DNA of 32,537 nucleotides from Octopus bimaculoides (Eukaryota), in NCBI RefSeq assembly GCF_001194135.2, contig NC_068985.1, positions 93,411,686 through 93,444,222 of the forward strand. The letters run 5' to 3'. The first letter of the stretch is position 1, and each line of letters opens with the position of its first letter. Both the position numbers and the translations under genes were made by a program. Below the pieces are notes generated by a model. That model saw nothing but the letters and a program-made list of their open reading frames with translations, searched no databases and was not told the DNA's origin. This document shows, one piece after another, positions 22,740-32,537 of the stretch.

Positions 22740-23115
22740 NNNNNNNNNNNNNNNNNNNNNNNNNNNNNNNNNNNNNNNNNNNNNNNNNNNNNNNNNNNNN
22801 NNNNNNNNNNNNNNNNNNNNNNNNNNNNNNNNNNNNNNNNNNNNNNNNNNNNNNNNNNNNNNNNNNNNNNNNNNNNNNNNNNNNNNNNNNNNNNNNNNNN
22901 NNNNNNNNNNNNNNNNNNNNNNNNNNNNNNNNNNNNNNNNNNNNNNNNNNNNNNNNNNNNNNNNNNNNNNNNNNNNNNNNNNNNNNNNNNNNNNNNNNNN
23001 NNNNNNNNNNNNNNNNNNNNNNNNNNNNNNNNNNNNNNNNNNNNNNNNNNNNNNNNNNNNNNNNNNNNNNNNNNNNNNNNNNNNNNNNNNNNNNNNNNNN
23101 NNNNNNNNNNNNNNN
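22740..23115. other. Assembly gap
   Basis: N run. Confidence 1.
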
Positions 23116-23159
23116 GGAACCATCAATAATAGAAAAATATTTTATGTATCAATGTTTGC

Positions 23160-23366
23160 ATATGCGTGTGTGCGTGTGTGTGTATGTATACACAGTTATG
23201 TATGTATACATATATATTCACGTAACCATATATTTACATATACACATACACATATATGTATGTCTCTCTCTCTCTCTATATATATATGTGTGTGTGTGTG
23301 TGTGCGTGTGTGTATGTGTGTCTGTGAGTGAGTGTATGTATATACATATACATATATATATGTATG

Positions 23367-23397
<31 letters not shown>

Positions 23398-23460
23398 ATA
23401 TATGTATATATATATTCACTTATACACCACACACACACACACACAAACACACACATACCT
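23160..23460. repeat. Compound (TG)n/(TA)n/(TC)n/(CA)n microsatellite field
   Basis: Direct read. Confidence 0.9.
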
Positions 23461-25816
23461 AAACATGTTTATGCGTGATAAAGAAATCCCCGTCGAAAAT
23501 GTCAGTCTCTCGCTGACTTATAATTTTTGTTGCTCGTATGTTTTCACATTCTCTGAATGTCTTTAGTTATCTCTCCTCCCCTCTTTCTCTTTTTTCTCTC
23601 TGTCTGGATATATGCATACATATTTGTGTGTGTATCTCTGTGTGTGTGCGTGTGTATTATGTATGTATATAGGTATGTATATATTATGTGTGTGTGCGCG
23701 GATATAAACATATAAATACGCATATATATATATGTAATACATACTTCGGAAATATGATTGGAGAATATAGTTTGAATTTTTTTTGCTTACAGACGTTTCA
23801 GTGGAAATTTCCGATTGTTTAAGGATATGCTGTACGTTATCCGTCTCTCAACTCATCAGGCTTACCAAATAAACAAGCGAGAGCAATGACATGCTTCTGA
23901 TGAATCAATAGTTTATCAGTGAAATTTCAAATTAGAATAACCAATATTTCAGAAATGTTGTGAGTGGGACTGTAATTAGTCGATGAAGGGGGTGAATGGC
24001 AGAATAAGATTGTAAATCATAAAATAGTTAAAAGCCGAGTCATTAATCTTCACGACATCCCTCATAAGAATTGGTGCTGGCAAAACAGGCTTATACACCA
24101 GCTGACTGTAGGCTCCAAGCATGGCAATTGACCCTATGACAACATTTCTGAAGACAACTGCAGACGTTGTTGTCCAGAAACAAAAATATTTACTGTGTTG
24201 TGTTGCTTAGTATTTTTGAAGTGATATGGTTAGTAAATTCAATAGTTACATATTCTTTAACTTCATTCATATAGATTAAATTGAACCGATTAATTATTGT
24301 AGAACCAATTTCGGAAGAGAGGAATGAAAATGAAAGATAAAGGAAAAGAAGATAATTAATATATGGAGATAGTAATAATCATAGATAGATACTTGAATAG
24401 AAACAGAGCAGCATAAATTTAATTGAGAAAGTGAACAAGAGAGTTAGCGGGGAGAGGGATTATGTGTAAACAAGCAAATTAGTGTGTATAGTAGAATAAT
24501 GAAAATAGTTTAGGCAATAATCAGGGTCAACATAAATGATATAAATTTATGTTATTTATCAAAAGTTGATTTGTATTGCCGTTATCAAGTAACGAGTCCA
24601 AACGGTTAAAATTAATAGAAGAAAAGCAGAACTGATATTTCCAATACAAAACCGAAAAACTTGAATCCCTAGGCTGCTGGTCACCAATATTTCCACAATA
24701 CTATTGAGAATAAAGCAAATCTAAGGCATACAGATGCTCATCTGCAGTGGATTCTCAAGGAACACTTTTAAGAGAGGCTTGCTCTTTGATGAATTACCGT
24801 TGTTGCTCCATGATTTAATCTTGAAGTTACATTTGTCATTGCAGATCCCGCTTTAGTTTTTCTCCTTGTTGAAACATTTGCATTCGAGATGCACCACTCA
24901 GTGCTGCACCGGGAATCTTTGGCTTCCATAGGCATTGGTAAATTTTCAATTCTCTTTTTTTTTGTGGGTTGTATAATATATAAGATTTAACATAAATATC
25001 ATGAATAAATAAGTTGTTTAATTATTATATATAATTATAAAATTTTGAGTATTGATATGCAAATTATATAGCTGTTTGTTTAGTGATACTTGTTAATATA
25101 CTTTTTCTTAGCAAATAATGTTGTTTTCATTCTGATAATGATTGAAATTAGTATGTATTATTATATATGTTTGATTTAATTTTTATTGTTAAAATAAATG
25201 TTTAATATGTTTAAATGCATCTTAATTTTAAATAAACATAGTTTATGATTGATTTGCTGTATATTATTTCAGATGATTAAATAAATACTAGTTGCAATAA
25301 TCTTCCAATAACATCAGAGCAGCTAAATCCTCCAAGGAAACACCCCCAAATCCTTTTTCTTTGTCATAACATATCCATAGCCAGTCTTGAACCCATAACA
25401 ATTCCAAAGCCTCACCCTCAAGCAGATGTGAACTAAATGTCGGTATATTGTGTATATCTCTGACCGTCACTATCCTGATGATCTTACCGTCACAGCTCAT
25501 TTAATCATTAATCAATTTGAGTTTCGGAGTTCTCTTCCTTGACTTCCTTCACAAAATATGTCATTAACATTGATGGCATGTCTCTTCATTACGGCTTTAA
25601 TTTCAGTAGGTTATGCTTAATTTAGGTTTCCTCGCTAATTATGTGAGCCCAAGTTTAAATACGTTCTTCATGCATAAGGCACCCTTTGACAAATTTCCAA
25701 TATTCCACTCGTTACCTCCCCACAGTAAACGTATATATCATTCTGGAATTCTTCAGATTTTACATTTTCTTGTTTCTCTCTTCGTTCACTCAAATTTTCA
25801 TTTCTAGCTCGTGTTC

Positions 25817-25936
<120 letters not shown>

Positions 25937-25939
25937 CTT

Positions 25940-26780
25940 GGCTGTCTATCTCTTTCAATCCGTCTATCTGTTTGCCCCACCTCTCTCTCTCTCAACCCCT
26001 TTCTCTTTTTCTTTGGCTATCGGTTTCTATTTTTCTTTCTTTCTCCTCTCCAATCCACTGTTTTATGTTGCTTCCCTGATTCATTTACTGTACTCTCTAT
26101 CCCTCTGTCTCTCTCACTATCTCTTTCCCCATTCCCCCATTTAATCTTAACCATTCACTGCTGCTCATACCTCCTACCATCTTTCCTATTACATTTATAT
26201 AATCCTTACTTTCCTTTCTTTGTCACTCTCTTTTGCTCTTCCGCTTTTTAGTCTTGCAAGTTCGCTCCCTGATTTACTCAGTTTCTCTTAACCCACCGTT
26301 TTCTGTCATATATTTTCTCTCATTCTAACACTCTCTTTATCTTTAACAAATTTTCCCTTGCTCTTCAAAGCTCTTTCCCTCTATATTTCATTCATTTTTC
26401 ATTCTGTTTTCCTTATTGCTCCTTCTTATTTATTCTTTTAATACTTCACCTTATTGCATTCGATATTTTTCTCCATTCTTTACTCCCTCCAATTCTTGCA
26501 CTACCTCCCCCATTCGCTCTCTCTTTTCACACACACACACAAGCATACATGTATGTATATGTCTACTTCAGCTACTCAGAAATCCTGCTCATCCCTCACC
26601 ATTCTCTCTCCTTCTACCTATTTCAAAAATTACTTTTCTCTCCAACGCCCATAAATCTCACCCTCTCATTTACCTACATTCATCTCACATCTCTTACTTC
26701 CTCCATACTGTACTTTACTATCAGCTTCTTCTCTCCTTCGCTCGAATTCTTTCGTTTTACTCTTTCTAACACTTACCTCA
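25940..26780. repeat. Pyrimidine-rich low-complexity tract
   Basis: Strong C/T bias, which explains the F/L/S-rich ORFs. Confidence 0.7.
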
Positions 26781-27079
26781 AGAGAAACACAAATATGATT
26801 GTATGTACGTATATGTATGTGTGTATGTGTAAGTACGTGAGTGTGTGAGTGAAAGACTTATACAAGCATACACCTATATGCACACAGATACCTATACACA
26901 CTGACACCCACAGACACATCACTGCCAAGCTTTCTTTCTTTCATTCATTTCACAACTCTTTATAAACGAATGTTGAAACTCTCTGATTCACTCTTCGTCA
27001 CCTCTGTTCAGATAACACTTTTAATCAGATTCTCATCCACGTACGCGACAAACCAAACTACACCGCTTTCCCTCTCTTA

Positions 27080-27099
27080 TATATACGTATATGTACACA

Positions 27100-27147
<48 letters not shown>

Positions 27148-27287
27148 TATGCCTGTATAGAAATATATATCTGTATATGTGCATATATGTATGTAGGCAT
27201 GTATATACTTATGTATATGTACATGTATATATATGCATATATTTATATGATTATATATATGTATATATATATTTGTGCATATGCACG

Positions 27288-27319
<32 letters not shown>

Positions 27320-27786
27320 NNNNNNNNNNNNNNNNNNNNNNNNNNNNNNNNNNNNNNNNNNNNNNNNNNNNNNNNNNNNNNNNNNNNNNNNNNNNNNNNN
27401 NNNNNNNNNNNNNNNNNNNNNNNNNNNNNNNNNNNNNNNNNNNNNNNNNNNNNNNNNNNNNNNNNNNNNNNNNNNNNNNNNNNNNNNNNNNNNNNNNNNN
27501 NNNNNNNNNNNNNNNNNNNNNNNNNNNNNNNNNNNNNNNNNNNNNNNNNNNNNNNNNNNNNNNNNNNNNNNNNNNNNNNNNNNNNNNNNNNNNNNNNNNN
27601 NNNNNNNNNNNNNNNNNNNNNNNNNNNNNNNNNNNNNNNNNNNNNNNNNNNNNNNNNNNNNNNNNNNNNNNNNNNNNNNNNNNNNNNNNNNNNNNNNNNN
27701 NNNNNNNNNNNNNNNNNNNNNNNNNNNNNNNNNNNNNNNNNNNNNNNNNNNNNNNNNNNNNNNNNNNNNNNNNNNNNNNNNNNNNN

Positions 27787-27865
<79 letters not shown>

Positions 27866-27950
27866 ATATACATATATATGCATATATATATGCGTATATA
27901 CACTATATGATATATATATATATGTGTGTATGCGTGTGTGTGCGTGTGTG
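27080..27950. repeat. Microsatellite field around assembly gap 27320-27786
   Basis: (TG)n, (TA)n and (CA)n on the left of the N run, a long (TA)n on the right. Confidence 0.95.
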
Positions 27951-28140
27951 TAAAACAAAGTGACACACACATATATATAGGCACATAGAAAGCCCCTTTC
28001 TTTAATCCTGCTGCCATATTGCAATAAACTGAGATGGAGCAGATAGCTTATCAGCAACATTGATAAGACTATTTTTATCTATCACTAGTTAAGTATTCCA
28101 ACTAAACTACACCAGAACATTGCCACTTATCTATGATGTA

Positions 28141-28203
28141 CCACCACCACCACCACCACCACCACCACCGCTACTACTACTGCTGCTGCTGCTGTTGTTG
28201 CTG
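28141..28203. repeat. Compound trinucleotide repeat (CCA)n(CTA)n(CTG)n(TTG)n
   Basis: Direct read. Confidence 0.95.
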
Positions 28204-28333
28204 CAACAAATTACTCAGTCTCTCTTTTCCATCAACATAGTTTCGTTTTCCCTATCTTACATTCTTTCACCATCTCTCTATATCTATTTCTCAGAGTGTA
28301 TATTTATATATACATTAATGAGATAGAGTAAAA

Positions 28334-28384
28334 GAGAGAGAGAGAGAGAGAGAGATAGAGAGAGAGAGAAAGAGAGAGAGAGAG
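28334..28384. repeat. (AG)n microsatellite
   Basis: Direct read. Confidence 0.9.
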
Positions 28385-29399
28385 ATTAGTATATATGTAT
28401 ATACACGTATACTTGTGTTTGTGTAAGAGAGCGATAGAACATCTTAGAATGATTAATATACATCCGTGTACATGTACGTGTATATCAAACACATATGCAC
28501 ACGTGTATATGTATATATGAGTGTGTGTTTGTGTGCGAGTGTGTGTGTTTATAAGCATACATATATATATATCCATGTATATCTATATTTTATGTTGGTG
28601 TACACACACACACACACACACAAACATACAAACAAACACACGTGATTAAATAAATCCAAACGCAGATACACACATATACACATATGTGTGTGTGCGTACA
28701 TGTGAATATACATATGTATGCGTGTTTCTTTGGGATAAGTGTGGAGATAAATATTCATACTTGTTGGATACATCTCAGACGTCTTTCACTAACAATGTTA
28801 TGTGCTACGACGGAAAAAAATCTTTATAAACCTTATGTCATCAAATCTCCGGGGATTGCATAGCAGTCGTTATGCAGGGTCGACGCACTCGTTGCTGCTA
28901 TGCACCCGTACACTTCGGCTTTGGAAAGGGTCTGTAAAGGATTTCATATACTCTGTTAAAGCCTTGGTCTTTCAATTAATATTAACAGCAATACCAAGAC
29001 AATTAATTGTCATAATAACTCGTTAGACATCGTCACTGGTTTGTATTATGTATTTCATAAAGCTAACGGAGGCTATAATACATACAGAATTACTCGAAAC
29101 ACTCTGGATCAATTGCTAGAAATTGAGTTAAGAATATATCTATTAGGATCTTCAAAATATGCGCCAGCAAGCTGGTGTTTAACTGTAATGCTGATTAGTA
29201 TAGCCAAGTGCCCAGACGAAGCAGGCTTGAGGAAAAATATTTTATATTATTAACTATATGTAACTCATAGCATGATGACCTGGTACACGTAACAGTTTCA
29301 CCCACACATAATAAAAATGACCTTATCTTCATCCATATAAATGATATAACAATCTTTCTGATTCTTGAACAAGGCCTGCACTTTTTTAGAGGAGTGAAA

Positions 29400-29567
29400 A
29401 ATCGTTTACATCTAACCCAGTGCTCGACTGATACGTATTTTAATGTCTCCGGAAGGATAAAAGATAAAGAGTGACGTCGGCAGAATTTGAACTCGGAATG
29501 TAAAGAGCCGGAAGAAATATTACTGGTTTTTGTCTGACTTGGTAACGACTGTACCAGCTCACTGCCT
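29400..29567 (-). mobile_element. SINE family B-related, diverged
   Basis: ggaaggataaaagataaag..cggcagaatttgaactc..ccagctcactgcct resembles 15385-15606. Confidence 0.65.
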
Positions 29568-29584
29568 AGCACACAAGCAAAATA

Positions 29585-29775
29585 ATGTTGCCAAAATTTT
29601 CCAATTTCGCGGGAGCGGGTAAGTCGATAAGACCGATTCCACTGCTCAGTTTTATCTACGCCTAAAGGAATGAAAGGCAAAGTCAACTTCAGTGAAATTT
29701 GAACTCAGAACGTAAAGACGAAAGCTGCTTAGCATTTTACTAGGCGTACTAACGAGTCTGCAAACTCGCTGCTTT
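29585..29775 (-). mobile_element. SINE family B, diverged
   Basis: aaaggaatgaaaggcaaagtcaacttcagtgaaatttgaactcagaacgtaaagacgaa..cttagcattt..ctaacg. Confidence 0.75.
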
Positions 29776-31672
29776 ACACAGTACAAAATACTAATAAAAG
29801 GTTAACATGCCATAGACGAAAAAAAATAAATAAATAAATATACAGCTAATGCAAATACTATATCTCATAACCAACACAACAAAGAGCATGATAATTACTA
29901 CTATACAAAACAGCCTGGTAGTATGAAGACTATTATGGCAAACATAATCAGTAATAATTAAGTGAAAAGCATAGAAAATAAACAAAAACTAACTCAGCTG
30001 CTTTGAATACCAAAGGAAATAGATATATTTCAATGAAAAACATTCTTTCTTACCTAACAATGAAAGAGAATTCATTCATAGAATTGTTAACCATTAACAT
30101 TCTTATCACAGCTACAAGAATATTAAAGACGAAACATAAGAGTGATGGCTATCTCTATATCTCTTCAGGAAGGAGCATCTTCTTCGAATAATACTACTAA
30201 TACGTTACCAAAAAGACTTAGAATAGTTTCTAGCAATTTTAAGACGCTAGGAACCATACAAGGAAGAAGTTTTAACAGTTTAACACGAGAGAAGAAATCT
30301 AGAAAAAGAAAAACTACTTCGCTGAACCTACCTGTCTCTCTAAACACGCCTTGACTAACATTGCAATTATGTTTTTTTCAAAATCTAAGTTAAAAATACG
30401 CCTCCGACACTTGAATATAATAAAACATTTAATACTTATACAGTAAAACTAACATATTCAACAACTTTTAATGTGACGGAAAATATAATTATTGTATTAA
30501 CTCTAAATTGATGAGGACACAAATAGTGGGGGCGACCTGCTAAGAACAAATAACACCTTTACTCGTAGTAAATTCATATGAACAGTGGCATTTATATAGA
30601 GAGACATTTGCACAGTGACATATATATATATAAAGATATATATGCAGGAGGAAAATCGAGTAAAAATAAACATCAGCTGTGCATACTGTTAAAAATGCTA
30701 GCTTTATTTAAAATTTGATATAGATATAGACTTATAGATGCTTTCATAAAACGTATTAACTAGGATATTGGGTGTAAATTATTTAGGAAAGATATCGGGT
30801 GTAAACTGTGTATAATAAAGAAACGCTAAGTGATTAAAAATGTAAATAACGACATAAATTTAGATTGTAAGGTGATAATTTACGAAAAAGTTATCGCGAA
30901 ATATTCACTTTCAAGACTTCATGTGTGAGTATGTGTATGTGTTTGTACATGTCAGTGTGTGCGCGCGAGCGTAAGTCTATGTGTGTGTGAGAGTAAGAGA
31001 GTGTGCGTGTACGTGTGCCAGTGTATGTGCACGCGTGAGTTTTTTTTTTTGCTGAAGTGTCATTAAACCTAAAATGTCTACGTGTGTATAGTTCAACTAC
31101 AACTTATAAGAATGACTATCAGTTATCTTAAAATTATACAAATATTTTATCCTATAATTTTAAGATTAAAAAATAGCACGAAGCAAGTAGCTTTTGAGAA
31201 AGAAATCTTCAATTAAAATATTTCATAAATTACTATAGCGCATGGTGTGCATGGTTCTTAACTGTATGGTGTAGCGTTAAAAGGAATATCCAAATTTTAG
31301 TTATAACTTATATTCGTATTCTTCAATTCTGAAATATGACTGCAGAATGCTGTCACATAATTACAGGGGAAATTTTCTAATGTGTGGATAGCAGATACAC
31401 CGAAACGTCAAAGAATTGACAGTTAAACCAATGTAGGAGTAATGCAAATAAATACTAGTCAGGTTTATTTTGACTTGGGTAAGAGATTCAATGATTTTCT
31501 TGAAGTTATCTATCTATCCATCTATCTATATTTACTTACATACATAATATGTATGTTTGTATATATTTATACATGTGTGTGTATGCGTGTGTGTGTGTAT
31601 GTGTGTGTTCAGTAATGAATTAAGAAGAGCGCTAGTGTTGTAAGCATTATCGACTACAATACTCGTATATAC

Positions 31673-31710
<38 letters not shown>

Positions 31711-31779
31711 TAGGCAAGAACAGATAACAAAGCCAAGGCTGTGAGGAGTTTGCAGGGCATTTATAAGGAAAGAGATATA

Positions 31780-31818
31780 GTCTTACAGCTGTTTCTGGAA
31801 TATCTCTTCATGAGAGAC
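31780..31818 (-). ncRNA. Degenerate minimal type I hammerhead (probably inactive)
   Basis: The minus strand reads gtct CTCATGA agagatattcca GAAAC agct GTA agac. Stem I gtct/agac and palindromic stem III ACAGCTGT are intact; the core has C at G5 and stem II is poor. Confidence 0.5.
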
Positions 31819-32413
31819 GGTGTGAGAGAAGTAAATGTTTGAGTTCGAAATAAGGAAGATTTAGGGAAATAAGGAAGAGATAGGGAAATAAGAGAATGAA
31901 AGTAAAAATAGCATATAAAATATTGTAGTTGCAGTTTTATTATTCGAGGAAAGTGGTGTATAGAAGTGGTAAAAAAGTTTCCTGTATATGGAATGTAAGT
32001 TCTGATAGTAGTTCATGTTTAATTGTTTCAAAGTATGGAGCCATGGATTCTGTGTTGTTCATTCGAAAGGGGCTTGTGGTGGTAATGAAAATTTGAGAAT
32101 GTATTGGTAGTATTTGTGGATAGATGGGAAGGGGCGGAGCTGTGTATGATTAGAATGAGCAGTTAGGTCAAAATAAAGAGAGGAAGAGAAAATGAGAGGA
32201 GGAAGAGAGAAAAAAAAAGGTTAAAAGAGTAATGATAATAAAAAGAGAGAAAAAAGAAAAGGGAAAGAGAAGAAAAAATGGAGGCTAATACATTAAACTC
32301 TTCACTCGTATCACGGTCGAACCAAGTGTTTAACTGCGGTCTGTACTTAGCACTTACTTAGCATTACCTGCCACTCTTTGGGTCTTCTAGATACTAATAC
32401 CTCTCATACTTTG

Positions 32414-32427
32414 TATATATATGTATG

Positions 32428-32460
<33 letters not shown>

Positions 32461-32537
32461 GCATATGTATATATGTATCTATGTATATACATATATATAT
32501 ATATATGTATGTATCTATGTATGTATATATATATATA
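32414..32537. repeat. (TA)n/(TATG)n microsatellite
   Basis: Direct read. Confidence 0.9.

Noticed and set aside
23897-23945. CTGATGA...GAAA on the plus strand
   Set aside because: Stem I and stem II do not form.
23970-24200. Open frames on both strands, including IGAGKT
   Set aside because: Not a GxxxxGKT P-loop; no start codon or compatible splice phases.
28044-28054. TAGCTTATCAG, identical to the first 11 nt of miR-21
   Set aside because: The match ends at 11 nt, there is no precursor-length hairpin, and miR-21 is a vertebrate family.

Overview
AT-rich, repeat-dense eukaryotic DNA with four N-gaps, each flanked by simple repeats or low-complexity sequence. The SINE families and microsatellite load look like Octopus (recognition from memory, not a database hit). 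No host gene can be called with confidence, and most ORF-track entries are microsatellite or low-complexity artefacts. The window holds decayed mobile elements: three tRNA-headed SINE families, a Penelope-like element, an RTE (Rex3/Expander-like) 3' end, a mariner end and two R4/Dong LINE fragments. Main observations: (1) a minimal type I hammerhead ribozyme fold at 8209-8281, downstream of the Penelope GIY-YIG remnant, plus a degenerate one at 31780-31818; (2) a TAA-microsatellite-associated cluster at 18751-21900, where two different 5'-truncated Dong LINEs are joined head-to-head; (3) an 85-bp foldback hairpin at 20989-21073 that replaces part of the Dong zinc knuckle; (4) a ~540-bp non-coding element flanked by TAA repeats on both sides. 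All translations and base pairings were done by hand.
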